A stretch of 50,573 nucleotides of DNA from a virus (lineage: Duplodnaviria > Caudoviricetes). A program made the translations under genes and the position numbers. Positions 10,801-19,504 of this stretch are shown here, piece after piece; the first letter of the stretch is position 1, and every line of letters begins with the position of its first letter. A model generated the notes under the pieces. The model saw nothing but the letters and a program-made list of their open reading frames with translations. It did no database searches and had not been told where the DNA came from. The stretch lies in the IMG/VR virus record IMGVR_UViG_3300014656_006075, positions 1 to 50,573 of that record; one strand, 5' to 3'.

Positions 10801-13631
10801 CCTTTCTGAGATCCTGTATTGATATCCAGTCCAAGCTGCTTAGTCATGCCGTCATATATGTCATCCCTAACGTAAATTACTCCATCAACATGAGTATCAA
10901 CTTTTATTTTCTCAAAGTTACCAGACTTGTTTTTTACCCAGCGCATAAGATCCGCTGGACCCTCTGCCATTGTCATGCCGTTCTTATTAATTGCATTGAC
11001 AATAACTGTGTTCAGACCTTCCTTGGCATCAGCAGGGAAGTATTCAGGTTTCATGATGAAGAAACCATTGTTTAATAAAGATATACGTTTATTAAGTGCT
11101 TTCGGATTAGCTAGTATATGACCAGCATCCAGGGCTTGCATTGTTTCCTCAATGGAGTCAAACTTGTTTAGCTTCTGGATGACATTCATATTGTTAGCCC
11201 ACTGAAGAATTTTGGCTTGTACCTTTGGATCATTCTTATCTGGATTCACTTTGCCAAAAACTTCTTTCATGTATTCACTATACTGAGTCCTAAGTTTGGA
11301 ATTAGGATTCATTTTCTGGATCTTCGATACAGCACTCTTAGCTTCTCCCATTATGGATTCAGCTTGAGCAAATTCCTGAATAGGTGCTTTGTAAACCAGC
11401 AAGTTTCCAGAATCCTTTGAGCCACCAAAAACCACAAATCCCTCACCAGCCAACTGTTCTGTTAGCTTGAGGAAATCCGCTTCGTTGAACTCTCTATCCT
11501 TAACCCATTTGCCTGACTCTTTATCTGAGAATCCACCAGGAGAATCATATAGTTTTCTTTGACCCTGATTCGTCCAGATATTCTTTATGTTGTAGAATTC
11601 AAAGTCTTCGCCATAATGTTCCTTCATAGCTTTCACTAAATAAGGTTCAGTTTTCCATTGCTGTACAGAGTTGCCATCAGCATCGTACTTATAGGGTCTG
11701 ATAGTCATTCCATCACCCCTGAAGTCGATTATACCCTGTGGAATTACTTTGAGCTGTGAAGCCTTCTCAAATGCGTTCTTGAATACATTCCAGTTTTCGC
11801 TGCTCTCAACAAGATCCAGCCCTTTATACTTAGCTTTCAGCGTTTCCATGAGCTTAGGGAATGATTCATTTTCGTGATCCTTGAAAATATCAATGATCTC
11901 TTTTTCACGACTGACTATCTTATCAATTTGTGTTTCGGTAGGTAAGTCTTTGAACTGTTCACTACCCAATGACTCAAATGCGATATTGAATGTAGATTTT
12001 CTGTGTATCGGATTAAGCTGCTTGTCTTCAGCATAGGTATCAATTTCAGACAATCTAACACTAAGTTCAGTCTTCTCGAATTCAGCAAATTTCTTCATGT
12101 TATCTACATACTGAACATCAAGTTTTCTCGACTCGATTTCGTTCTGGATAACATCCCTTGCTTCCTTGGCTATATGTTCTCGACTAACTTCAATTGCCTT
12201 AGTTCTTAATTCCAACGTCAACGCTTCAGCATCCACAAGAGGATCATTTAATTTCTCAGCATTGTCCTTCAGTAGCTTATCATAAGACTCTTGCATCTTG
12301 GTGAATTTAACTGCATCATAAAACTGTGTGAATCTATGATCCTTTAATTGCATGGCTTCATTATTAGTAATTTCACCAGTAGATCTTTGAGCTTCAATTT
12401 CGTCCATGTGCTGACGATAGACTTCTTCGATATTCTTTGAGATCCTGATTCCAGCTTCTGATACATCATAGTAATCTGAGTTCTTGCCATTGGCTACTTC
12501 GAAAGTTCTAAGACCTTCGAGAGTAATTTGGTTCAATACTTCAGCTTTTGCACCTGCTGGTAATATAGCCCAGCCTGGAAGTTTCTCAGGTTGTGACATT
12601 GCCATTTCAGCCAGCTTACGGGGAACTTCAATATTGTCCTTCTTATACATTTTCCCTGGTGCTTCCTGAATAAACTCCATAGCCATCTTTTGTTCACCTG
12701 ACATTTCGCCAGCTCCAAAGTATGCACCAAGTAAATAATTATATATCTGTAATTCGGTAGGTTGCTCGTCTAACGTAGCAGGTAAACCCATGAAGATTGA
12801 ACTTGATAGAACTCTTGCAACTCCTTTCCATTCCAGATCCCCAGTGTTAGGATTTTTCACAAGATTCTTCATAGCTCCCATGAATCCATCCTTACCAAAA
12901 TTTGTAGCAACTCCTGAAGGAAGTGCTTCGCCTAATGCACCGAAAGCAGCTCCACCCATCAAACCATGCTGGAAACTTTCCATCATTGCATCAGTACCTT
13001 TTGTCCAACTAGATATTGCTGAAGCAGTTCCAAGATGAAGACCAGACTCCACCATCTTCTCAGCTCCATATCCAAGCCTCACAGCCATTTGTTTACTGAC
13101 ACCCAACTTGCTCATTGCGTTCATGCCAACGAAGTTCTTAGCAGCCTTTCCAGCCTTTACCAGCCCTGTCATTTTGAGAACCTTATCAGCTCCCATCATT
13201 GGAATTGATTTGAACGTAGCCATTCCTTCAGCGACCTTTAACACCTTTGTAACTTTGCCAATAGCAGATGCACCCTTGAATAACCGTGCGGTATTTGCGA
13301 CTCCTTTAGCAACCAGAGATCCAGCCGTACCCAGTCCAGGAATAATTCCCATGAATCCAAGTAAGTGACCAATCGAGCCAGCTATGCTATCGTAAGTGTT
13401 TTTTTCCTCAACTAATCCAGGGTCTAATGTCGTGAAGCCTTCAACGAATCCATTGATAAGATTTCCAACTGTGTTAACTAAGTTGAATTCGCTTGCTTCT
13501 TCGTTTCTTTGGAAGGGGATATTGTATTGTGTGTTTGCCTGTTGAATGTAATCGACTGTATCTTCATCGAATACATGAGGGTTTTGTTGGTATACAGCAT
13601 TAATTGCATCAAGCTGATCCTGTGTCATCAT
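4854..13631 (-). CDS. Giant ejection protein with two-barrel (crAss/YonO-like) RNA polymerase motifs; putative virion RNAP
   Basis: HVDGVIY (~916), LLGKFAYH, TSAKQIG, QRVPT (~1284), GGADLDIDK (D1324-D1328); Gly/Ala-rich hydrophobic N-terminus; LPD38-like C-terminus; last gene of the virion arm. Confidence 0.8.
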   Translation of the reverse strand: MMTQDQLDAINAVYQQNPHVFDEDTVDYIQQANTQYNIPFQRNEEASEFNLVNTVGNLINGFVEGFTTLDPGLVEEKNTYDSIAGSIGHLLGFMGIIPGLGTAGSLVAKGVANTARLFKGASAIGKVTKVLKVAEGMATFKSIPMMGADKVLKMTGLVKAGKAAKNFVGMNAMSKLGVSKQMAVRLGYGAEKMVESGLHLGTASAISSWTKGTDAMMESFQHGLMGGAAFGALGEALPSGVATNFGKDGFMGAMKNLVKNPNTGDLEWKGVARVLSSSIFMGLPATLDEQPTELQIYNYLLGAYFGAGEMSGEQKMAMEFIQEAPGKMYKKDNIEVPRKLAEMAMSQPEKLPGWAILPAGAKAEVLNQITLEGLRTFEVANGKNSDYYDVSEAGIRISKNIEEVYRQHMDEIEAQRSTGEITNNEAMQLKDHRFTQFYDAVKFTKMQESYDKLLKDNAEKLNDPLVDAEALTLELRTKAIEVSREHIAKEARDVIQNEIESRKLDVQYVDNMKKFAEFEKTELSVRLSEIDTYAEDKQLNPIHRKSTFNIAFESLGSEQFKDLPTETQIDKIVSREKEIIDIFKDHENESFPKLMETLKAKYKGLDLVESSENWNVFKNAFEKASQLKVIPQGIIDFRGDGMTIRPYKYDADGNSVQQWKTEPYLVKAMKEHYGEDFEFYNIKNIWTNQGQRKLYDSPGGFSDKESGKWVKDREFNEADFLKLTEQLAGEGFVVFGGSKDSGNLLVYKAPIQEFAQAESIMGEAKSAVSKIQKMNPNSKLRTQYSEYMKEVFGKVNPDKNDPKVQAKILQWANNMNVIQKLNKFDSIEETMQALDAGHILANPKALNKRISLLNNGFFIMKPEYFPADAKEGLNTVIVNAINKNGMTMAEGPADLMRWVKNKSGNFEKIKVDTHVDGVIYVRDDIYDGMTKQLGLDINTGSQKGTLTHAAQGEGMLLGKFAYHRAGEKMSKAMTDKNVHTVLNTTSAKQIGKRKVYDSHFTKEGSWDFYESGTANQVDMSVAENMYKIPHESFTLTEGGEHHSQLQDTSYKTQLASGMDSKRFPEGITWWNNMIRQKMIGDADEMNRYNMYKDGKLNSKDLDPQKLSLQAKIDVLYAGKNDAVYRKLMNHYINALRDNMVSEHELGIDSADRLRKEIEGTVSGAEKIMKLWGGKNNMNLTPAIMNHRLLRAYFEKVVENAIRNEVVRPKAEGSFSTIFQPYRPDLMQGIHLQEGEVILGEKLRNYKIPWLDGKIEIEKAIELHKNETDTAKKATMEDYLSIALQRVPTDSPSGVRILKIVGFSELAGSGSILHPKDMANAGGADLDIDKGFIYTNMPTAVKREFQAVKNDWYEYHQKDSNGKWKKLSGKEIERLKATKKFDKGLKDDTIAEVEIDAKGENSPFYVNLPAKEEAMMNNPFSMADSKIMYKVNRFATEGNALLGPGINITKILQGMLEDPNSKFVPRPDAMEQFQALKRTLINSAADAADGKKMVTSDQVMEVFGKRLYGITDPEIMKDFVKSVKEHPLKKVNSLLNQGKLNGKDLTLPEIVSELGKQRTELGGEIKNPFFNAGLMMSELEFGHHEVYPWLSNEYGKNLTILSQKYGRASKEIKTVLGRIDLGQFNDWLKTPEYQKLLAENPTEAYRKAREILSQDIMNLVSIEAAQKYMPKDITTNQINELRDNIWELKERYIEQVLIPKGSKKKADMEAVRQAKSEIEKELSSIRSQSMMSEDFQKLFDTMLLSTFRPQKENWDSFLKNNKWRLDEQGLTEKQIKDQWMATNIDSWAFDFPFVSNEVKIFTGHRYNELSQAVSKEELSRTELEINKDYAQNDVIQGEDTIPDYEFLQNVTVDQAKIIARDAEKDRPATRYDKELDLADKTMKDYFYRYPEQIRDFQALFLGEQLRRNGLNDVDLVGSTMPRISSAREYIEFTDMLRGIMTGKNKPVPLKWWHYFVPVKTFAAKMYAQDPIKINKEINVITRPGKMVLGEAKVFSSTLGVIQNRSNSTQIQIEGWTNAIQDDYESSDVKIMIDQMNINYAGVGDKLIEIAIDRRENQRGKSNGESDIYANNWIKSKRLLDRMEGKGDKFYVPKLQKSLTAKEMVDYMDREMTNWSKKVAKKYIFSQAGQDLLKKPGIMTGGYLNLDKMTKHMDGQMSHFKPEFLGMQFMERVYHQENIENIQIGILETVGRLVDKQFESVAELKESGMYKAWKRGETIPATMDSLFRLAEADNLSPVVGQIENFNVRREILDMLKETKINKDNWMEYKDLKLQDHQYANYFPHMNYDKTIVKNWIEKNLGEIDLSGKSLDNKTQAKINGMSELINGNENSSDILQDWESRLERPITKLEHVENIKPRAWNMAARSKDNPTPGWEKSLGVLKSYENKMSRSYWTAINSFLNRRSINQFKQGTWNLETKSFDKPMGEHNEAWSAFMTQFNMINTGRPSLFPDKWINSEDGSHKQYKVKNNLYYAFTDQAYKKQVENISRKFFGNKNFFKQLPKVDSDEYKALDPNVRQQLSQLYDIDVSRKLYWVSQVDAKWNLMSLLTHTRTMVNNIVGGTVTTVSSTGFEHWKKATDEKWLRENVFVDFNGWNDITSFVESHGGVESMFKNEMMLSGKFKAGKPKEFMSDIVKMMKQRKAYSEDTVRSVAKKHFGDMADSVLEGAGWFMRKSEVHLRTRSWMAHYLKAREVFSANGLTLEKDHPWLIELANKGVAATQFLYNNANRPMFASTNVGKIYSRFQLWAWNSLKLRKEWYKAGRDAGFAPGTTEFERFRRIMTADMFMFTLASVLPGTLFESTMAPPFSYLQDLADFFYGDSEERERAFYGSLPHPFNILQTVSPPSSRVLFNAISFINSGDWEKLQGQAVSWLPFGRLGKSVLKTVQNPSMVVEELTGIPTHRINSLIKKGSKKDDKKEEKQIKYPFRY

Positions 13632-13664
13632 TATCCTAACCTCGTATGTCGTGTCCTAACGTAT

Positions 13665-13689
13665 AAAAAAGCCCCCGATAAACGAGGGC
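13665..13689 (-). terminator. Intrinsic terminator
   Basis: GCCCUCG-UUUAU-CGGGGGC-UUUUUU. Confidence 0.75.
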
Positions 13690-13700
13690 AGCATAATCAT

Positions 13701-13904
13701 CTAAACTGTTTCAGTCTTTTTCGTTCTCAATAAATAAATTCCAATTCCTGCAAATGCTTCCAAACCAAGTATTAATGCTATTGTTTCTCTCCACAATGGC
13801 TTTTCCATATATGGGTTCCAATGCCCATCCATTAAAGGAGATATTGTCAATATAACCGCCACTAAAATACCAACTGCAAGTATCCCGATTTGTTTCGAAT
13901 TCAT
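13701..13904 (-). CDS. Small two-TM membrane protein (moron-like)
   Basis: 67 aa, two hydrophobic helices, followed by its own terminator. Confidence 0.7.
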   Translation of the reverse strand: MNSKQIGILAVGILVAVILTISPLMDGHWNPYMEKPLWRETIALILGLEAFAGIGIYLLRTKKTETV

Positions 13905-13952
13905 ATTTTCTCTCTGAAGTTAATAGGAGATCGAATATACTCAACTTGGATA

Positions 13953-14840
13953 TTACTTCCCACCACCATTCTGACTTTGAGCTTTCAAAAAGTAGTCTAA
14001 CATACTCTGACTTTCTTCTCCAAGACTTACCCCTTTACCAGAAACATCCATAAGATAAGGAAGAACTTCCATCTGAAAACGTTTCGCAATGTCTGGATCG
14101 CTTAATGCTGTTTGCGGGTCTTTATAAATTTGCTTCAACAATTTTTTTGCGGAATTTAATTGCGTTGTGTCTTTAGCCGTAGTAGTGTTTGGTAACGGGA
14201 ATGGCATACCAAAGCCCATAATTGAACTTCCACCAAGAAGTGGGGGCATCATGCCGAAACCTTTTGTATGATTCGTCATTGTATTATCACCTAGACCTAA
14301 CGGGGTTGGATTCCCGACTTCACCCTTGAACGATTCTCTTTTCGTCTTAGCATCAGCGTAAGTTTTATATGCCGTATAACCCTGGATCATACTTGAAGGA
14401 ACTGCACCTGGCGTTCTATCAGTTGACATATTACCAGTGGCAGGATCTGTAAACCATTTCTCGTTTTCAAGCTGCTTATTCATTAGCCCAATGCGCGCTT
14501 TTCTTTCGCCAGCCCCTGCATCAACACCATACTTTGAAGATGCTGCACTTACATCAGTTCCATATTTACTTGAGGCTGCACTTGTGTCAATGCCATACTT
14601 TTGCATTTTTGAATTCAGGTTAGCCAAGTCCCAATTCTGAGTTAGAGATTTATCCCTATATCCAGCATTGGAATCAAACTCAGTTTTCCTGGCTCCCATT
14701 TGCTCACCGAACTGACGTTGGTTCTCTAGGAACTGCTTCATCTGCATGTCCATCTGACTATTATAACGTTCGTCATCTTTCTTACCTTGCTGACCACGCA
14801 TATATGAATCTAATATCGATTGTCCAAACCCAAATTTCAT
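13953..14840 (-). CDS. Putative ejection/internal virion protein
   Basis: Q/M/G-rich with three 11-aa repeats (KYGxDxSAASS); lies just before the giant protein. Confidence 0.65.
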   Translation of the reverse strand: MKFGFGQSILDSYMRGQQGKKDDERYNSQMDMQMKQFLENQRQFGEQMGARKTEFDSNAGYRDKSLTQNWDLANLNSKMQKYGIDTSAASSKYGTDVSAASSKYGVDAGAGERKARIGLMNKQLENEKWFTDPATGNMSTDRTPGAVPSSMIQGYTAYKTYADAKTKRESFKGEVGNPTPLGLGDNTMTNHTKGFGMMPPLLGGSSIMGFGMPFPLPNTTTAKDTTQLNSAKKLLKQIYKDPQTALSDPDIAKRFQMEVLPYLMDVSGKGVSLGEESQSMLDYFLKAQSQNGGGK

Positions 14841-14852
14841 GTTATCCTCTCA

Positions 14853-15356
14853 TTAAAATATTTTACTTAACCAATCAGTTTTACCGATCTGATTACCCAA
14901 CATACCACCTAAGCCTGAGAATATATTGTCCATAAAACTTGCATTAGTTTCAGACTTCCACATTTCGCCCTGACCATATCCCTGATACATATTGCCAGCA
15001 TTATTTCTAAGGTTACTTGCTTGATCCATTCCCATACCTAAAAGTCCAGTTTTGAATCTGCTCGTAGCTGTGGAAACAGTGTCTCTGTTCTTGGTGTTAA
15101 TCGCTTTCATCTGGTTATTAGCCATTAAAGCAGATCCTGACCCACTCATTCCATTAGCCTTTGACATTCCAAGAAGGGAGTTCATTGTAGGAGTTGCTGA
15201 GGCGACATTCCTTTGTATATCTTTGTTGTACCCATCAGCAGCGTTCTTATAGAATGCACTATTCGGGTCCATAAATTGATTGGCTTGACTATTGTATTTA
15301 TCACCGTAATCCTTCATCCAGGAATTCGGATTATTTGCTACACTTATTCCAAACAT
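14853..15356 (-). CDS. Putative ejection/pilot protein
   Basis: N/G/M-rich with amphipathic GLGGMLG C-terminus; synteny. Confidence 0.6.
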   Translation of the reverse strand: MFGISVANNPNSWMKDYGDKYNSQANQFMDPNSAFYKNAADGYNKDIQRNVASATPTMNSLLGMSKANGMSGSGSALMANNQMKAINTKNRDTVSTATSRFKTGLLGMGMDQASNLRNNAGNMYQGYGQGEMWKSETNASFMDNIFSGLGGMLGNQIGKTDWLSKIF

Positions 15357-15428
15357 CGTATCATTTCCTTATCATAAAATCACAAGAATATAACCAATTA
15401 ATCAGTTCTGATTTTGTAATGCAGGTAA

Positions 15429-15593
15429 CTATTTTTTCTCTTTGGGTTCCTTTTCGAACAATTTACCCGAAGCCATATCCTGTAAAGCGGCCTGGTAGCC
15501 TTTACTGAAGTTGTAATCAGCTAACATCTTTTCCATTCCGTTATCAATTGCTTTGACCTTATCAAGAGCTATCTGTTTTTGTTCCTCACTCAT
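15429..15593 (-). CDS. Hypothetical protein (54 aa)
   Basis: Hand-translated MSEEQKQIALDKVKAIDNG...KEKK*; ATGA overlap with upstream gene. Confidence 0.65.
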   Translation of the reverse strand: MSEEQKQIALDKVKAIDNGMEKMLADYNFSKGYQAALQDMASGKLFEKEPKEKK

Positions 15594-15868
15594 ACGTCTT
15601 CACCATCCTTCCATTTGTCATTTTCTTTAAGTTTTTCATATGCTTTCTCAACCAGCTTGTCATTCGCTGAGAAATCGAAATCTTCATCGTACACTGTAAG
15701 TTCATCATATCCCACTGGTAAATAACCTTCATCCCTGGCTTGACGGGAGATATAAAGCGCAATAGTAATCGTTGCTTTCTTATGCACAAAGTCAATATTG
15801 ATTGCAGATACTTTGTGATAATCCGCATCAACGCCCTGTGGTGTTTTTCTATTTTTTTTGATTGCCAT
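15590..15868 (-). CDS. Small tail-associated protein
   Basis: Start reset to MAIKKNRK after AAGGA; typical small gene following tail fibres. Confidence 0.6.
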   Translation of the reverse strand: MAIKKNRKTPQGVDADYHKVSAINIDFVHKKATITIALYISRQARDEGYLPVGYDELTVYDEDFDFSANDKLVEKAYEKLKENDKWKDGEDV

Positions 15869-15887
15869 TACAATTGTTCCTTTATTT

Positions 15888-17897
15888 TTATGCTGGGAAT
15901 GATGGATTTTCCAAATCGTATATACGTTGTTCAAGGGCAGCTATCGTAGCCACTGAGACACTTGATTCCGTTATGATCCCATACATATTAGTTGTTAATA
16001 AATTTGCTGGTTTCGGATAATTACCAGTGGTTTGACTAATCCCAGGCATCCTGAAACTTCCAGAGAATCCTGATGCTTGAAGCCAGTTTGAACACCCGAT
16101 AGCACTATGTACCCCAGTTTGTAGCCCTACACCATCCCATGCTTCATATGGGATTAAAGTACCTGATAATGAACCGACTGTCCAGCTATCCCAGTAGAAT
16201 GTGATACTGTTACCAGCACTAATTTCAATTCGTGAGTTGCTGTTTGAACTTTTATAGGCGACACTAACAAGAGTCCCAGTCTGGATGTTACTTGCAGATA
16301 AATAACTTGTAGCTATCAATCCACCATCAATGATTGTCTCACCTTCTAATGCTGCTAATACAGTTGCGTTATTGCCTACCCAACTCGGCAAGTCATCCTG
16401 ATCTAACTTTGACAATATTAAATCATGTGTTGCACCACCTGTAATAACTAACATGCCTCTTAGGAAAATGTTCTGTCCATATAACCCGTAACCAGTAGGG
16501 TAGTAGGGAGTTTCTTCTGTTCCGAAGTTATCATCAAGCCCGTCTAAGAGTCCCATCCTAACTTTTGGTAAGGCATTGAAGAACGCATCAAATGAATCTG
16601 TTCCGTCCTTCACATCAATGTATGGAGCGTTCTCAAAGTCTGAAGTCAGGAGTATTGATCCTTGTCTGGTAACATCAGTTTTATTCCCAACCTTTACGAA
16701 TTCGATACCATCTGAGTTATCTTCAAAGTCCTTCCATGAGAGTGTACCGTCCAGTAATCTTATTTCAGCCTCACCCTCAGTATCAATCCTTGTTACTTCT
16801 GCTTTGACCCAGTACATTTCTACCTGAGTTGCTGTCTCGTCAAAATCCTTCCTATACGATAAGAGTAAGTCACCTACCTTAAAGTCGGGTCCACCTTGCT
16901 CCCAATTCACTGTATAATCAGGAGTGAAAAAAGTTGTTTCACCAGCACTTATTTCTAAGCCCACAGTATCAGATTGAATGGTTAATTCCATATTCAGCTC
17001 TAATGAAGTCGCTTCCAGTGAAGCTATTGTCGTGCTTCTTGTAATTCTAGATCCTGTAATCGCTGAACTAATTGATACGCTCATAGTCGGGACATCAATA
17101 TGTTGCCAAACTCGGAACGATGTTACAGCGGGACCAGTAGCAGCAGAGACAAAAGTACTACTGGTCGTAACTTTAGGTAGCATTGTGGCTGGTGTTCCGC
17201 TTAACTGAGCAGTTACCCCTATTCCCAATATTCTAGGTGTTACAGTCGCCCCAGTAAGTCCAAGGGCAAGCGTAGGAACATCGGTCTTCTGACTTGCAGA
17301 ACTAACCAATGACGTAACTTGTGCCAGGGTAGTTGTCGTATCAGTTCTTAATATTGGTAACAAAGTAAGTGTACTGAGTTGCAACCTTTTGGTACTGATA
17401 AAGAGAACATTAGAAATCAACGTGGTCTGTGTAATAGGAGCGTTCGCACCTAATAGAACAGGAGAGCTATCAGTTGATACTTTTGCTGTTACATTGATCG
17501 GAGTTCCCAAAATGAGAACCGTTGATATATTCGATATAAATTTAGGACTTGTTACTGCATTATTATAAGTAAGCCCAACAGTAGATATATTAATCACTAC
17601 CTTAGTCGTGATATTTGCATCTGTAACTTGAGCATTAACTTTATCCGTACTTGTACTCAATTTAGGAGTTGAGCCAGGTAACATGATCTGTAAGTTTTTG
17701 GTAGCTGAAAGTATATCAGTAGCCAGGGAAACGTTCGTCACTGGAAGGCTAACATTCAGGTTCGTGGTAGTACCTTGAGCCTTTGTACTGGGAGTCATGG
17801 CAAAACTTGACAATACTAGAACAGTAGTGAATACAGCAGATACTTTAGTTGTATTAAATTTACTTATAGACCCAACTATATCCCGTCCAATTAACAT
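15888..17897 (-). CDS. Tail protein: Thr/Val/Ser-rich N-half plus conserved phage tail domain
   Basis: VGNKTDVTRQGSILLTS-APYIDVKDG-KVRMGLLDGL-GYGLYGQNIFLRG block recognised from FCB-group phage tail proteins. Confidence 0.7.
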   Translation of the reverse strand: MLIGRDIVGSISKFNTTKVSAVFTTVLVLSSFAMTPSTKAQGTTTNLNVSLPVTNVSLATDILSATKNLQIMLPGSTPKLSTSTDKVNAQVTDANITTKVVINISTVGLTYNNAVTSPKFISNISTVLILGTPINVTAKVSTDSSPVLLGANAPITQTTLISNVLFISTKRLQLSTLTLLPILRTDTTTTLAQVTSLVSSASQKTDVPTLALGLTGATVTPRILGIGVTAQLSGTPATMLPKVTTSSTFVSAATGPAVTSFRVWQHIDVPTMSVSISSAITGSRITRSTTIASLEATSLELNMELTIQSDTVGLEISAGETTFFTPDYTVNWEQGGPDFKVGDLLLSYRKDFDETATQVEMYWVKAEVTRIDTEGEAEIRLLDGTLSWKDFEDNSDGIEFVKVGNKTDVTRQGSILLTSDFENAPYIDVKDGTDSFDAFFNALPKVRMGLLDGLDDNFGTEETPYYPTGYGLYGQNIFLRGMLVITGGATHDLILSKLDQDDLPSWVGNNATVLAALEGETIIDGGLIATSYLSASNIQTGTLVSVAYKSSNSNSRIEISAGNSITFYWDSWTVGSLSGTLIPYEAWDGVGLQTGVHSAIGCSNWLQASGFSGSFRMPGISQTTGNYPKPANLLTTNMYGIITESSVSVATIAALEQRIYDLENPSFPA

Positions 17898-17974
17898 TCG
17901 TTAGTTCCCTTTGAAATATTTGAGGAATTGATTATAGTGCCTGTTTCTTAAACCTGTTTGCAATATCGTTATCC

Positions 17975-19054
17975 TTAAATTATATTTATAGTCTGTGGAA
18001 TAAATGTTGCTACTGCTGGAAGATCATAAACTACTACCAGTTTTGGGTCTGAAGACGTACCTGTTTGATCTACTGAATCAAACATGACACGATCTTTTGT
18101 ATAAGAAGCCGCCCAGCTAGGTTGAAAATTGTCCAGATCAGGCGTTGATCTAAACGCCAAAGAAATAACTCTTGATGAGATCATATGAGCCTTACCTGCC
18201 GAGTTTAAGGCACACTCATTATAAGAACCTATCGAAAAATCGGATAGTGCCCAATCAGAAGCCATGAATCTGACCGTTCCAAAATTTTCAAGGTAACAAC
18301 CATCGTTAATTAAATCGTTGTATGTAACTGGATAATGACCTGTAATATTTTGCGGATAGTCCCATGTTATCTCTGCTGATTGTCCCGCAACTGATAATAT
18401 TGCCGATGTAGCTACGTATGCGCTACCGTACAAATTTACATCAAAAGTCAAAACGCCTCTGTATAAGTACCTAAACTGATTGGTTACACTCCCACAGTAA
18501 TACCCACAACGTATAAAGAGTGCATTAGTGTCGCCAAGAGCAGTGTCAGTCCGTGAGGCAGACCAAGATTGTCCTGAACTGGATGAGGTCGAAAAATAAT
18601 AGCCGTCACAAGTATAAGAACCACCGTAAGTTGTCTCTGAATATAGCGTTAAGTCGTAAAACCCAAAACTCCATTCAGGTAAATGCTTATCAATAAATAA
18701 CCAGTCTAAAAAATGAACAACCCACCATATAGGGGCAAACCCATAATACAATCGCTTACTATATTTGTGGTGTGTTCTAGTAATCATTGTTTTTGAACCA
18801 TCATCGTTATCAATTATATATTTGTCTGGTTTTATTTCAGATATATATTTTCCTTTTGACTCAGCATCTTGGTCAATCCGCAGTTTATGTCTGAACCAAT
18901 ATTTTATTACAGGTGCATTAATCAACCATATCAATTGTTTCTGCCAATCAATTATTCTCTGATCGAAACATTGGAAATATCCTTTGTTTTTTGATCCATG
19001 CTTTTTAATGTGTCGCTTCAATCGCAAACTTCTATATACACTCAGCAATGACAT
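17975..19054 (-). CDS. Putative tail or receptor-binding protein
   Basis: Beta-rich C-terminal domain ending SSDPKLVVVY; within tail cluster. Confidence 0.55.
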   Translation of the reverse strand: MSLLSVYRSLRLKRHIKKHGSKNKGYFQCFDQRIIDWQKQLIWLINAPVIKYWFRHKLRIDQDAESKGKYISEIKPDKYIIDNDDGSKTMITRTHHKYSKRLYYGFAPIWWVVHFLDWLFIDKHLPEWSFGFYDLTLYSETTYGGSYTCDGYYFSTSSSSGQSWSASRTDTALGDTNALFIRCGYYCGSVTNQFRYLYRGVLTFDVNLYGSAYVATSAILSVAGQSAEITWDYPQNITGHYPVTYNDLINDGCYLENFGTVRFMASDWALSDFSIGSYNECALNSAGKAHMISSRVISLAFRSTPDLDNFQPSWAASYTKDRVMFDSVDQTGTSSDPKLVVVYDLPAVATFIPQTINII

Positions 19055-19313
19055 CCCTGTTCCCCTTTTGTGTTTGAATAATTTCTTTCAAATCGTCCTC
19101 AATTTCAGCCAACATTATTGATCTATCTTCATACCATAAAGCAAACTCATAAAATCTTGATGTTCTTACATATTGATTTTCAGTTTCGCCTGTTTCTTCA
19201 TTTAATATGTCCTGATAATCACCCTCATATAAACAAGCGTTAACTATAACAGCATTATCCTGAGTGATACTATTTACGTCCAGTATGGAGTTTATTTTAT
19301 AATCGCAATACAT
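19032..19313 (-). CDS. Hypothetical protein
   Basis: 93-aa ORF overlapping its neighbours in the operon. Confidence 0.65.
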   Translation of the reverse strand: MYCDYKINSILDVNSITQDNAVIVNACLYEGDYQDILNEETGETENQYVRTSRFYEFALWYEDRSIMLAEIEDDLKEIIQTQKGNRDVIAECI

Positions 19314-19494
19314 TTTTATCTCTCAACTGATTTAGTTTACGTTCAATGCGTTCATCTGTCATTGGTTCTTTATTGAACAGGTAGATGTCCTTGCCATCCA
19401 CTTCGGCATGGATTTTGTCCTTGCCTTTCTTAGACTTACCCCGACCTTTTACCTTAACAACTTTCTCTTTTTCCAGCTTAATCTTCTTAGCCAT
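19297..19494 (-). CDS. Small basic hypothetical protein
   Basis: 65 aa, Lys-rich, AAGGA upstream. Confidence 0.6.
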   Translation of the reverse strand: MAKKIKLEKEKVVKVKGRGKSKKGKDKIHAEVDGKDIYLFNKEPMTDERIERKLNQLRDKNVLRL

Positions 19495-19504
19495 CTTAAT
19501 ATCC

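Noticed and set aside
7161-13733. Plus-strand ORFs within the giant gene (and similar antisense ORFs elsewhere)
   Set aside because: Antisense shadows of long coding frames, with no RBS or motifs
17442-17450. Partial motif GGTGCGAAC in a tail gene (also GTGCGAA near 25600)
   Set aside because: Inside coding sequence, lacks GGAG and is compatible with chance
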